Positions 1-13,346 of a stretch of 64,000 nt of DNA are shown here, piece by piece. The translations under genes were made by a program, and so were the position numbers. The notes under the pieces were generated by a model. That model saw only the letters and a list, made by a program, of their open reading frames with translations. It made no database searches and had not been told where the DNA came from. Source of the stretch: Priapulus caudatus (lineage: Eukaryota); contig NW_014577081.1 in NCBI RefSeq assembly GCF_000485595.1, forward strand, positions 347,994 to 411,993, read 5' to 3'. Within the stretch, counting starts at the first letter, position 1, and every line of letters begins with the position of its first letter.

Positions 1-184
1 CTCTCTCTCTCTCTCTCCCCCGCATTCCCCCTCTCTCGCCTCTCTCTCTCTCCCGCCTCTCTCTCTCTCTCTCTCTCTCTCTCCCCCGCATTCCCCCTCT
101 CTCGCCTCTCTCTCTCTCCCGCCTCTCTCTCTCTCTCTCTCTCTCTCTCCCCCGCATTCCCCCTCTCTCGCCTCTCTCTCTCTC

Positions 185-219
<35 letters not shown>

Positions 220-970
220 GCTTTCCCCCTCTCTCGCCTCTCTCTCTCTCCCGCTTTCCCCCTCTCTCGCCTCTCTCTCTCTCCCGCATTCCTCCTCTCT
301 CGCCTCTTTCTCTCTCTCCCGCTTTCCCTCTCTCTCGCCTCTATCTCTTTCTCTCTCTCTCTCCCGCTTTCCCTCTCTCTCGCCTCTATCTCTCTCCCGC
401 TTTCCCCTTCTCTCGTCTCTCTCTCTCTCTCTCCCGCTTTCTCCCTCTCGCGTTTCTCTCTCTCTCTCCCGCTTTCCCCCTATCTCGCCTCTCTCTCTCC
501 CGCTTTCCCCCTCTCTCGCCTCTCTCTCTCCCGCTTTCCCCCTCTCTCGCCTCTCTCTCTCTCTCTCCCGCTTTCCCCCTTTCTCGCCTCTCTCTCTCTC
601 TTTCTCCCGCTTTCCCCCTTTCTCGCCTCTCTCTCTCTTCCGCTTTCCCCCCCTCTCTCTCTCTCTCTCCCGCTTTTCCCCTCACTCGCGCGCGCGCTCC
701 CTCTCTCTCGCCTCTCTCTCTCTCTTCCGCTTCCCCCTCTCTCGCCTCTCTCTCTCTCTCTTTCCCTTCTCTCTTCCGGTCTCTCTCTCTCTCTCTCTCT
801 CCCGCTTTCCCCCTCTCTCGCCTCTCCCACTCGCGCGCGCGCCAGACTCTCGTCGCTCTCTCTCTCACTCGCGCGCGCTCCCTTTCTCTCTCACTCGCGC
901 GCGCGTTCCCTCTCTCTCGCCTCTCTCTCTCTCTCTCTCACTCGCGCGCGCGCTCCCTCTCTCGCTCTCC
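1..970. repeat. CT-rich compound micro/minisatellite
   Basis: (CT)n interleaved with cccgctttccccctctctcgc. Confidence 0.95.
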
Positions 971-2485
971 TCTTTCTGTTTCTCTCGCCGTGCTTTACTA
1001 CCGGCACGAGACGTGAATTCGCCGCCTGTCATCGTCTCTCTCTCTCTCTTCCTTGCCTTGACACACTCTGTTTGTCTCTTCATTATTATTATTATTATTA
1101 TAACTATTATTATTACCGTAATTACGGCTGTTGTTTTCATTGCGTGAGAATGATGTCCTAATAGATGTGCGGACGTGGCCGCTCATGAGACAGGGCAGCG
1201 TGCTAAAATCATCAATGCTCATCATTCGGCAACGCAGCAGCTAGTAGACCAGTATATATATATAGTATATCAGACCATTAATCCCGCGCAATTCTGCGGA
1301 GTAGTTTTCGCATCAGCTTATATTTATGCCTTCTGTATCTGAGTGCGTATCAATACGCACGTTACGGGCCGCAGTCACGAACGTGCGGCATTATTAATAC
1401 GATGGCACTTATCATAAACGCATAAATATTCCGTCGCGTATAAAGTACAAGCGTGCCTTCATTGACATGTAGACGACTGTAATTTCAGATATAGATATGT
1501 GTTGATTGCATCGTAAACCTGCGCGTGAATAAACACTTGCCGTCAGTTGCCGCTTTCACGTGCTGGTGAAATCAAACTTTGCATTCGGTGAAAGCTTGCG
1601 GATGGATTCTCTCTCGGGCTGATGGTAATCTCATCGGAGGATGGAAGACAACGCGCAGATGGAATTTACTGCTAGCTAGTTAGTCAGAAGTTGCTTCCCG
1701 CTTTTCATCAGGAGTACATGACTATAGAGATCTCTATTCATGTACTATCATATACTTCTGATGTCTTCACATCCCAGTCGTGCTTGACTACATTGAAGCC
1801 AATGCAAGGTCAACAAGAATAGCTGGCTCGGGAGCAAAATAGGTGAGGAGCAGGGGTCAAAACATTCGTGGCTTAAGAGCTTTGTAGTCAGCCCTTCCCT
1901 AGAACGAAACGTGAGAACTGGTTCGAGGAAAAGGAGTGATTGGGGCAGTGAAAGGGTTAGATGAGGGTCGTTGGAGGGCGCGGCCCGTGTGGGCGTGTAA
2001 TATGTTCGATGGAAACACAGGGGGAGGGGAGGGAGAAAGAGGGAGAGGAAACGTAAAAGAGGGAGCTAGGGAGAGAGGGGGAGAGAGAGCGAGGGACGAG
2101 CAGAGATCGAGAGAGGGAAAGATCGAAAGCGAGAGACAGAGAGGGAGAGATCGAAAGCGATAGGGAGGGAGAGAGAGAGAATTGGAGATCTAGAGAAGTA
2201 AAAATATAAGTGAGAGAAAGAGGAAGAGAGAGAGGTAGAGCAAGATAGAGAGCGCAGGAGAGGAGAGATGTTTTCTGTCGCTGCCGTTGAACGCGTGGTT
2301 TACATTGCTCGCAAAGCGCATAGAAAGGCACACAAGTGGTAGAGCGTCGATAGACCGTGCACGGGTTGCGTGGAGTGCTTGTAGGTTCTCATGCGTGGAA
2401 GTTACCCACTGAACGTANNNNNNNNNNNNNNNNNNNNNNNNNNNNNNNNCTCTCTCTCTCTCTCTCTCTCTGCTCGCTCGCTCGC

Positions 2486-2534
<49 letters not shown>

Positions 2535-3774
2535 TTCTTTATTTCTTAGCTAGCCGCCCAAAATATCTTGAGTAATAAAGTCCCTGTGTTCGACCGGAGC
2601 GGGAGAGGAGGGAGAAATTCATCAGCGGTTACAACAGCTTAGAGATAGCTGCTATGTGAGAGATTGCATTCTGCCATGCCATCAATCAGTCCGCGGTCCA
2701 CGTTGCCAGCACAAATGCACACAATTAGTGCCGAATCTAGCTGTTCATCATGCCTGGCAGAGGGAAAATGTGCCGAGTGGAATATTACAGCAAACTGCTG
2801 GGTGGTAAGGCTTAATGAGCGTGGCAAGCCTAGTGAAATGTTGGGGCGCCCGCCTCATATCCTCCGCACATAGATCACTAAGTGTTTCGCTGGCCTTTAT
2901 AATGCTTATTAATTGACATACGGACCGTAAAATCAATACGTGTGGGTCTGGCTGTGCTTTAAATTCGTTCTCGAAATCAACGTTACATCTGCACGAGCAA
3001 GAATTAATAGCCTATAGCTGAAATTTACGCCATTTCTAGCTAAATGCCAGAGGTTATGTCTCGCTGAGACTGTCGCTGTGACTGCACGTGATCATCACTG
3101 CGCGCGAGTGCGAAGATGACAGCGACAGTCTATGCCCAGAGCTTAATAATGGCCCAATGGCTTACAGACGGCTATTATTTGGGGGTGCCTTGTTTGCTGC
3201 GTGCAACCTTTAGAGTAGATTGTATCTTTAGAGACGGCAGTATGATGCAAAATTGCCCTGTTAGGTTGCCTCATCTGCTAGCCTCTATCTGCAAATGCGC
3301 AGATGTAGATGTTGGACAAATTGACTTGCAGCGGTTTTGGAGAGAATCGAACGAAATTTCCGCCGTGTAAAATTTCGGCGCGGATGTTGGTGGCGTGTGG
3401 CCGAGGAACGCTGCCTTGTATCGGCGGATATGAAGCACAGCTCCTCCGCCTGTGAATGAACGCGATAAACGAACATTCGCTACAGGGTAAACCAATCATC
3501 ACAACCGTCAAATGTTTTCGATTCCTGATTCAATGCGTTGCCAAAGAAAATGATTGCAATTCCTAGTTTCGCCAGTAATCATTGCGACGAATTTCTTTAG
3601 CGTTGTTGGGAGTCGGGACCTCTAGACTGACGCATCGAGTCGTTGATGCATAAGCTGACGGTGGCCAGGAACTAGCCTGGAGTCAGTCTAGGTTACCTCC
3701 ACCTCGATGTCGCCTCTGTAGCATATGTTTCACACACGTAGTCTTTAGAGGCTTTCTGGCGGTTGCTTATTTAG

Positions 3775-4017
3775 GCTGAGAGGGTCTATGTGCCCCGGTG
3801 TACTGCCGGAACGTACCCTGGTACTATCTAATATGCCGGGCCGTACCTCGCCTACTCCACTAACGAGTCTAGGGAGTCGCCTACGCCTACTACCTAACCC
3901 TAACCCTAACCCTAATCCTAACCCTAACCATATCAAATAGTGACCAGGGTACATTCCGGTATACCACCGGACCGTACCCAGGGTACGTTCCGGCAGTACC
4001 CTGGGGGACATAGGAGC
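3775..4017 (+). mobile_element. MITE family 1, copy 1 (internal CCCTAA repeats)
   Basis: TIR GCTGAGAGGGTCTATG...GTACTGCCGGAACGTACCCTGG; degenerate 9-bp flanks cttatttag/cttatgcag. Confidence 0.85.
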
Positions 4018-5017
4018 CTTATGCAGCAGACGAGAGGTAGTATCGAGTAGAGACCACTCATTCAGTCAGCAACACGAGTCATTTAACAATGAGCTTTTGA
4101 TCGGTAGGGTGCGGACGGTTTCTAGCAACAGAGACGGTGAAGGATGGGTGACATATATGACATATGTGGACATGGGTAACGTAATGGGAGTGTAAGTACT
4201 TTGTTTGAGGGAGAAGTCGGTGAGTCGCTTGGAAGTCGTGATCGAAGTCAAGACTATTTGATGCGCGTGGTCTTGAAATATTTGGCTGCACACTGTGAGT
4301 TTTCTATTCTAAATCCTAAATTATATCAAGAGCTAATAATTGATAAATAAAGCTTGATTATATTATATATTCGCTCTGGCGTAGCAACCCCGTTACATTG
4401 CCACAAGCGTTATCGTCGACACACTGTCGCTTTCGTCGCCGTTGTCGTTGTCGTAATTGCACGCGCACACACGCACGCGCTGTCGCTGTCAAGCTATCGT
4501 AATCGTTATCGTCATCGTCGTCGTCGTCGTCGGTGTTTCGTACACGTTCGTGGTGACATAATAGAACTTTGAAGAGACAGATTCTGTTGGTGACGCATAC
4601 ATCTACGCATCGTTTTCTCTAATGTATGCCGAGACAAACACCTGCATGAATACATTTATGCTTGCGTGGGCATATGTTGTTGGCTAGAGGCGGGTAGAGG
4701 GGATGGCCTTGGGTACAAAGTTCTCAATTTCCAAATGCTTCAATTAAGCATTAACGAACGTAGCATTTGTGACATGCTCGATGCAAATCGGATTACGAGT
4801 CGGGCGTTTGGGTAACATCTGAATAATGAGATGGTAATTCTGATAGGTTGCATCTCAGACATGTTGTCCAACGAAATGTGATTAGTGTTAAGAGTGAGCG
4901 GCCCGGTTGCTGCCACTTGTGAAAAACCACGGATCGGCGAATGACATCTGAATAATACATGCTCATTTAAAAAAATTATACCACTTGGGATAAGTACATG
5001 ATTAATGGATGTCTGAG

Positions 5018-5138
5018 CAGGGGCGTGTACAGGATTTGTACCAGGGGGGGGGACTCGAAATTTGACCCCCTCAGATGCGTTTTCTGCGCGAGCAGGGGGG
5101 TCCGGACCCCCTGGACCCCCCCCCTGAACACGCCCCTG
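5018..5138. mobile_element. Small MITE with CAGGGGCGTGT TIRs and a 5-bp TSD (CTGAG)
   Basis: ctgag|CAGGGGCGTGTACAGG ... CCTGAACACGCCCCTG|ctgag. Confidence 0.75.
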
Positions 5139-5557
5139 CTGAGCCGGGACGTCAGCGTCACTAGTTGGTGAACAGTATCTCGTTTGAGTGTATGCCTAAG
5201 CCCTGCTAAGTGTACTGGCTCTTGGATGCTGATGCGCTTAGCTGGGAAGGAGGTGTGAAAACAAGACTGGTTAGCTGCTTCGATTATACTCCACACAATC
5301 TCTTTTAAGATTTTTCAAGATTCAAGATTTCAAGATATAATGTATTGTATCACGCATACACGCACGCATACATGCACGCACGCATGCGCCGCCTGTAGAG
5401 AAATGTGGAGCGATCATTTTGCGAGAGACCGAATGCTGACGGATTAACCTTGCTAGCACGAACAATAATTATATATAATAGGCCCACAGGCAAAGATTTC
5501 TGCTGCGCTATTCGAGACGTATCATCATTGTGTTAGACAGTTTACAACCACTCCGGC

Positions 5558-6324
5558 NNNNNNNNNNNNNNNNNNNNNNNNNNNNNNNNNNNNNNNNNNN
5601 NNNNNNNNNNNNNNNNNNNNNNNNNNNNNNNNNNNNNNNNNNNNNNNNNNNNNNNNNNNNNNNNNNNNNNNNNNNNNNNNNNNNNNNNNNNNNNNNNNNN
5701 NNNNNNNNNNNNNNNNNNNNNNNNNNNNNNNNNNNNNNNNNNNNNNNNNNNNNNNNNNNNNNNNNNNNNNNNNNNNNNNNNNNNNNNNNNNNNNNNNNNN
5801 NNNNNNNNNNNNNNNNNNNNNNNNNNNNNNNNNNNNNNNNNNNNNNNNNNNNNNNNNNNNNNNNNNNNNNNNNNNNNNNNNNNNNNNNNNNNNNNNNNNN
5901 NNNNNNNNNNNNNNNNNNNNNNNNNNNNNNNNNNNNNNNNNNNNNNNNNNNNNNNNNNNNNNNNNNNNNNNNNNNNNNNNNNNNNNNNNNNNNNNNNNNN
6001 NNNNNNNNNNNNNNNNNNNNNNNNNNNNNNNNNNNNNNNNNNNNNNNNNNNNNNNNNNNNNNNNNNNNNNNNNNNNNNNNNNNNNNNNNNNNNNNNNNNN
6101 NNNNNNNNNNNNNNNNNNNNNNNNNNNNNNNNNNNNNNNNNNNNNNNNNNNNNNNNNNNNNNNNNNNNNNNNNNNNNNNNNNNNNNNNNNNNNNNNNNNN
6201 NNNNNNNNNNNNNNNNNNNNNNNNNNNNNNNNNNNNNNNNNNNNNNNNNNNNNNNNNNNNNNNNNNNNNNNNNNNNNNNNNNNNNNNNNNNNNNNNNNNN
6301 NNNNNNNNNNNNNNNNNNNNNNNN
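5558..6324. other. Assembly gap flanked by a duplicated ~200-bp sequence
   Basis: N run; 5353-5557 is repeated at about 6400-6603. Confidence 0.95.
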
Positions 6325-7345
6325 TACACGCATACATACACGCATACATACACGCATACACGCACGCATATACGCACGCATACACGTACGCATACACGCA
6401 CGCATACACGCACGCATACACGTACGCACGCATGCGCCGCCTTTAGAGAAATGTGGAGCGATCATTTTGCGAGAGACCGAATGCTGACGGATTATAACCT
6501 TGCTAGCACGAACAATATATATAATAGGCCCACAGGCAAAGATTTCTGCTGCGCTATTCGAGACGTATCTTCATTGTGTTAGACAGTTTACAACCACTCC
6601 GGCGTGCGCACGCTCTGTCTACCGTTGATGACAGAACTCTGTCTCGTGACCTTTCGCTCACAACACGCCAAAGCATAGCTTGGCAGTCATGAACAGCCGT
6701 GTATACGTATAAAATGCACGCTAATCGCCATGCCCTTTGATGCGTCCTTCACGTTCCACGTGTACGGGTCCGTCTGCCAAGGTGTCGGCGGGCATTGTTA
6801 ATGCTAATCATCTGCGAGCAGCAAGCGCGTGAGCAACTATGATCCGTCATATTGGATGGCTTCTATCTTTTGTTCATATGAGCACTCTGTCTCGCGCGAT
6901 GTTCGCTTTTACACTGCTTGTACGTAAAGGTCAATCGTGTTGTCCATGCGTTGGCAGATGTTCCCCTTTCGCGTAGACGTCGGTGTATTCAGGGGCTACT
7001 TAAACAAAGAGACAGAGTTAAACGCGCATATGATTGAGGATCCCAGTGGCTTAATCATGATAGTATGTTGTCAAGATAGTATAGTTAAACTGTTTAGTCT
7101 TGGATAGATGAATAGGAAATGAGGTGCAATTATTAGATTGCTTGATGGTTGATCTGGTATATGCCTTATTTCCAGAGCAATTGTTCACTTAATACAAACA
7201 CAAGACTTGTAGGACAGAATATGATGATACTAGCATAATCTCATGTGCATATATAATCGACATGTAACCATTGCATGTACCTATGTTGATATATGGACCG
7301 TGAAATGTGTGTCATGTAACTGATTCGTGTTCTTCTGCTTTGCAG

Positions 7346-7582
7346 TGCTGCAAGATGAGGGGGAACACCAAGCAGGCTGGATAGAGGGTGTTGCAATCCT
7401 AGTGTCTGTTGTAGTGGTCGTACTGGTGACTGCATTTAATGACTACACAAAGGAAAAGCAATTCCGTGGCTTACAAAATAGAATAGAAGATGAACACAAG
7501 TTTTCTGTGATCCGTGGGGGAGAGGTGGTGCAGCTACCTGTGGGGGAAATATTGGTAGGCGACATTTGCCAAGTAAAATATG
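7346..7582 (+). CDS. PMCA: PMCA exon A (TM2 and start of actuator domain, GWIEGVAIL...DICQVKY)
   Basis: ttttgcag-type acceptor (ctttgcag), G|gtaagc donor, phase 1/1, conserved [16 protein letters not shown]. Confidence 0.95.
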
Positions 7583-8378
7583 GTAAGCATATATCAGGGA
7601 AAATTGCATCTTTTAAAGCGATGTCTCAAATACATTTGCATAGAAACCTACACTAAAATTTAATCTTACCTATTAGTGCATATATACTCCTAATAACACC
7701 ACCTTAGAAATTACCAAGAATATGTGCTTTATGGTTATAAAAGAGTGAATTGAACAGAGTACTTCAGTGAATGTTTTTAGAGTTCTTGAATATTTAATTT
7801 AACATGACGTCAGACAAGAGGATCCAAGTTCATGCTGTAATATTTTTTCAATCATGTTTTTTGTTTAAAAGAATTGCACCAGCTGTTTCCTTCTGGATTC
7901 CCCCAATTCACCAGTGTCTTTATTTCTCTTTAAATTCACCACCTTTCATATCTATATAGTGATGATAAGGTCCACGGACCAAATTTGCTGGTAAACATTG
8001 TCGCAGAAGCTATTGAATTGATTTATGGATTGGTGGTGTCTGGCACTCTAGTGAGAATCAAGCGACATCATCCTGGAAATCAAACTTGATTAATATTTGT
8101 AACTGTTGTATATTTAGGTGGCTATAACAATGTACGAGCCTTATGAGACATTAACTTTGCGACTGATATTTGCTGTAAATCAAGGAATGCATAGTTTTGC
8201 TCAAATGTCTTGGCAAATATGAGAAATTATTCCTCTAATGGTTTTTACCAAACAATTATCTAGTTTAGTTCACATTGCTGTTATTCAGATTATCTTGTTT
8301 TGCTAGTAGTAATTTAGTGTGTTATCTTTTTATTTGTTGAAATGTGGTTTTGCATTATCACTGTTCTGTTGTTTTTAG

Positions 8379-8504
8379 GTGATTTATTGCCAGCAGATGG
8401 CATTGTTATCCAAAGCAATGACCTTAAAGTGGATGAGAGTTCGCTAACAGGAGAGTCTGACCATGTGAAAAAAAGTGAGACGACAGATCCACTGCTACTG
8501 TCAG
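8379..8504 (+). CDS. PMCA: PMCA exon B (GDLLPADG...[14 protein letters not shown] motif)
   Basis: gtttttag acceptor, G|gtaaac donor, actuator-domain motif. Confidence 0.95.
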
Positions 8505-8964
8505 GTAAACGGATTCTTACACTCTGCCACCCACTCTAGCAACAACCTTGTTTTAAAATCAGTTTAGCGCTTGTAGGTTTTAATATCACAATTATATTAA
8601 AAATCATCCAACCTTCAGTGTTTAGACTGTCAGTCAGAAAGTCACGTGAACGCTTAGTTGATGTCACATAACTATCAGTCATATACATATTCTTTCTGTT
8701 TGGTGCTGGACTGTGGACAAAGAACTTTGTATTAAATATTGATATTTCGCTTTTACAAGATTTCTCGTCATTTTCAAACTTCCAAGCTGAAATGTTTATT
8801 TAACAAGTATAGGCTTTTCCGCGCGGTTCCTGATGCATTGTGAATCCAATTATGAAATCCGGCATACAGATTATGAATTAGTAAATCGGAAAATGTCCAG
8901 AGATTGATTTAATGGAAGCAAGAGACAACATGTCTGAACAATTCTGTCGTGTGCAATGCAGTCA

Positions 8965-9145
8965 GCCATGAGACACCATTACAGACCTCACACCATGAGA
9001 CAACATTACAGACTTCACACCATGAGACAACATTACAGACTTCACACCATGAGACAACATTACAGACTTCACACCATGAGACAATGTTACAGACTTCACA
9101 CCATGAGACAACATTACAGACTTCACACCATGAGACAACGTTACA
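8965..9145. repeat. 27-bp minisatellite, about 7 copies
   Basis: Unit accatgagacaacattacagacttcac. Confidence 0.95.
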
Positions 9146-9465
9146 AGTTTTTATAAGGAATGTGATAACGAATGCGTAATTAATTGCATGGACACTTGTA
9201 GCCATGCACGTCTGCACACTAAGTGGCTGCAACTGACAAACAGTAATGATCTAATCACGGTTGCAACCTTCATCAGCAATAGTGATTATTACCTTAATTA
9301 AGCAAGAATGCTCTCTAGCTACTGTAATAATAGTAAGAGACTATGGCATGGTAAGTCAATGAGTGTTATGTAAATTGGATGCCTCAAATTAGGCTCTGTA
9401 ACCTATTAAGGAAACATTTAAAGCCAACACGTGTAAACGTGTGATTTCACAGTGGGCAGAGCTAA

Positions 9466-10058
9466 AGCCTAGTGCAGACTTGCAACTTTTGGTCGTGCGT
9501 CGCTGCAACATGCAATCGCATGCGATCGGTCGCACGCCTCGCCGAGTGTGCGCATGCAAGCGACTGGCTACCATTTGGCGAAAAATGATGCTGGCGCCAT
9601 GGGCAGTATTTACCCGTCATTTCCAGTTGGATCGCGACATCTTTATATGCCACATGTTTCTTAGTGCGATCGCTGTATTCCGGCAGTGTAACATCAAACA
9701 AAACCGGCCTCTCCATCCACATAGCTAGCAAAATGCTTTCTTTCTCATCACTCCAGCTTGTTGCTGTGAACGTAGCCATATTGAAATATCACGTGATGAG
9801 AAGGTGCTCGCTGATTGGTCAGACAAGAATGTGTCATCGTTGCAAGTCGCTGTCTACCCGCACACATGCGATTTCGAAGCGATTTCGGAGCGACGAGTTG
9901 CTGAAAATCAAACGTTTGATTTCTTGCGACTCGTCGCAAGCGACCAGAATCACACAGTTGCTCGTTCCCGCAGACCTAGCGATTTCTCATGCGACTCTGG
10001 CTGCGATTCTAGAATCGCAGCCGAGTCGCATGAAAAAGTTGCAAGTCTGCGCTAGGCT
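9466..10058 (-). mobile_element. Non-autonomous PIF/Harbinger element
   Basis: taa|AGCCTAGTGCAGACTTGCAACTTTT ... AAAAGTTGCAAGTCTGCGCTAGGCT|taa; TAA TSD; internal MADF-like coding fragment. Confidence 0.85.
9614..9779 (-). pseudogene. MADF/Myb-SANT-like first exon carried by the Harbinger element
   Basis: MATFTATSWSDEKESILLAMWMERPVLFDVTLPEYSDRTKKHVAYKDVAIQLEMT followed by a G|gtaaat donor; pattern recognised by eye. Confidence 0.7.
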
Positions 10059-10285
10059 TAAGAGTGCAGTCACAGGTTTGTTGAACACGTTGCCTCATAC
10101 TTGCTAACACGAGCACGTTTATATGCATAGAATGGTGCATTCGACAGTATGACAAACATTGGCAGGTAACAGGGGTCAAACAGAATAAGAGCCAAAATGC
10201 AAACACAAGATGCGAATAAGAAACAAAAACACATCATGGTGAACCTTTAATAATTGATATATATATATACGTATGATTGTTTTAG

Positions 10286-10423
10286 GCACACATGTAATGG
10301 AAGGTAGTTGCAAGATGCTGACAGTAGCAGTGGGAGTAAACTCGCAGACTGGAATTATTTTCACACTGCTTGGCGCAGCATCACAGGAGGAGAAGGAGGA
10401 GAGGAAACGGCGGAAGAAGCAGG
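10286..10423 (+). CDS. PMCA: PMCA exon C (GTHVMEGS...[12 protein letters not shown]), ending at splice site A
   Basis: ttttag acceptor, G|gtaaga donor, conserved [17 protein letters not shown]. Confidence 0.95.
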
Positions 10424-11182
10424 GTAAGAAGGAAAATTTGCATTGCCTTTTTTCACAATAGTTCGTCACACACTATAGTTCCACCAATATTTCCTTCTCT
10501 AGCATCTCCAACACTATCCACTTCCACCCATCCACACTAGCCAGTCCCACTCTACCACTCTTACACTAGCCACTCCCATATTATGCCCTCTCAGCCTCAT
10601 CCGTGAGTCCATTTATTACACCAGAATGTTTAACAGATCTTGCTTTGTAGAAGGATGGGTTGCGAATGGGCGGACGTTGCCACGCGACCAATTCTACTGT
10701 TCATATTGTACTTACTATAATTAAAGGTGCCTGTCATGAAAATAATCTAAAATCTAAACAACGTGCCTTCCTTTTCAATTCAAATAAATTGTAAGTTGTA
10801 TAATATTGGTAACTGTACAATTACTGTACAAAGTAGATAAACTATTACGACAAGTACATATGTAGTATCAAGAACATATAATTAAGACAGACTAAGCCAC
10901 GTAATGGCGATATTATTCGAAACGATGCATCAAAATGCAGAGAAACAGCCTATCGACCTTTTTGCAACTACGGTTACTGTTTGGCTGTAGGCCCTAAAGG
11001 TCACATAAAACACACAAGAAAAGGCATTTCGTTGCTTTGATTTCGACTGTCGAGTGCCATCAAGCGCGTTTGAATCACGCGTTACTTTGAGCTGTCCAAA
11101 TTAGTCATTTGACTCGCCGTGCGATAGAGACATACGCGCGCGCGCACGCACGCACACAAGCAAACACTCCCACACACAGATA

Positions 11183-11601
11183 CCCCGTATACTGACAACA
11201 AAATTTGATCCCACATTAAACTAGTCCAGGACTGGCGCGCGTCAAAACGTAGCGTACAGACACAAAAGTCTGAAGCGTGCCAAATTGGCACGGATTGACT
11301 ATGCATGCGCAGTTACGTCACTCAACAGACAGCTATTGTATAAGTCTGTGCGCATGCGTATTGCGAAATCTGACGCGCGCCTGGCCCCACACTGCGTACA
11401 CACACGTTGAAAGCGGGCTAACTTGGTACGCTCCAAGTTAGCCCACCTCGAAGTGGGCTTGGCCCTCCTTCATTTGCGGGGCCAAATTGGTGTGGGTCAG
11501 CGCGTATTTGGAGCGGGATAGCGTGTACACACGGCAAAAATTTGACTCCCGCCTGGCCCGGACTAGTTAAATGTGGGATCAAATTTGTAGTCTGTACGGG
11601 G
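11183..11601. mobile_element. MITE with about 70-bp imperfect TIRs and a TA TSD
   Basis: ta|CCCCGTA...AAATTTGATCCCACATTAAACTAGTCC versus GGACTAGTTAAATGTGGGATCAAATTTG...TACGGGG|ta. Confidence 0.8.
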
Positions 11602-11684
11602 TAAGACAGACAGACAGACAGACAGACAGACACACCATGACACACACTCGCACATATGCGCGCACATTTGTGATGGTAGCTAGG

Positions 11685-11974
11685 GCTGAGAGGGTCTATG
11701 TCCCCCAGGGTACTGCCGGAACGTACCCTGGGTACGGTCCGGTATACCGGAACGTACCCTGGTAATAAATACTACTACCTAATATGCCGGTCCGTACCTC
11801 GCCTACTCCATTACCGAGTCTAAGGAGTCGCCTACGCCTACTCCTTAACCCTAACCCTAACCCGGCCTAATCCTAACACTAACCCTAACCCTAACCCTAA
11901 CCATATCAGCTAAATAGTATACCGTACCCAGGGTACGTTCCGGCAGTACCCTGGGGGACATAGACTCTATGAGC
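11685..11974 (+). mobile_element. MITE family 1, copy 2 (internal CCCTAA repeats)
   Basis: About 54-bp TIRs; perfect 9-bp TSD GTAGCTAGG at 11676-11684 and 11975-11983. Confidence 0.92.
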
Positions 11975-13290
11975 GTAGCTAGGTGATCCTGGCCGTTGAA
12001 CAATTCTACATAGAAGAGACATCTGCGATGTAAACATTTAGCTTTCTAAAGCTTGTAAAAAACATCTACTGCTTCCATAGAGATGATAGAGATGTATATG
12101 TACAGTCGCGTATCGTTCCCAACGAACCCTAGAGATATATCCACATCATTCCAGCCAACGCTACAGGCGGTGGCTTTCAAGGCAATGCTAGTAGCTAGCA
12201 ACCGTTGCATTATCTTATTCTCCCTTCAACGTGCACTTGAGCCGTTGAAATAATAATATGATTGCATATAAACACAAATTGTATTTAATACTAAATTCTT
12301 AATGTTTATATATTCTCTATCTATTTATAATTTCATGTAAATGGCGTTAAAATGCTCATCTGCAACACACAGTGTTACCAGACGCACGCCACTGAACACA
12401 TAGTAAAAAAAAAAAGATGGAGACATCTGTTTATAGTATAGAGACGCAATCCTTTCCTGAGTTTTAATATAGGGAAGTGCGTGTGGAGATATTGTGTGTT
12501 GCAGAGAAGCATTCAAACGGTATTTACGGGGAATTGTTACTAATAATAGACGGTAGAGACTGGGTAAACATTAAAACTTTGGTAGTAAATACAATTCGTC
12601 TTTATTTGCTATCATTTCATTGAAACGGCCCTCGATCTGCTCCCCTCCGTAGGCGTGTTTTTGAAAACTCGTGGATGTTCTGCCTGCAGTCTCTCGATCC
12701 GACGGTTTGTGTTCACTAACCTCCTCCTTTATTCTCACCGCCATGACGTACTTGCTCTTATTTCCTACTTAGCTCTGTGTTAAAACCTATCCGAACACAT
12801 ACACGCACACACGCACACATACACGCACACACGCTCGCACGCGCGCGTGCAATTCTCGTATGCGGTGTTTATCCCGTAACAGACCGATAGTAGTCTCTTA
12901 AGAGTCCGTACCCGCAAGACAGCCGGCTGCTGGCTTATACTCTCGCTCCCCCACACACCACCCACACCCAACCCCACACCCCACACCATCCCTATACGTT
13001 CCATAAGAGCTGTACATTTGCGCTGTCTCTGCGCGCGATTGCTCGGGCCATCGCTCACACGGAGCATGCCACGAGGAGCCAGGGGAGCTGAGGATACTGC
13101 ACTGCCCACAGAATAACACACAGCTCCACTGTACACGGGGGAAGGGCGTGTGTGTGCGTGCGTGCGTGGCGTGCGTGCCTGTGCCTGTGGCGCGTGCGTG
13201 CGTGTGCGTGGGCGTGCGTGCGTGCTTGCGTGCGTTCGTGTGTGCGTGTGTGTGTGTGTGTGCGTCGTGCGTGCGTGCGCGCGTGCGTGC

Positions 13291-13346
<56 letters not shown>

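Noticed and set aside
386..1140. Arg/Glu-rich minus-strand ORFs
   Set aside because: Translations of the CT microsatellite
5508..6582. 300-350-aa ORFs
   Set aside because: They span an N gap
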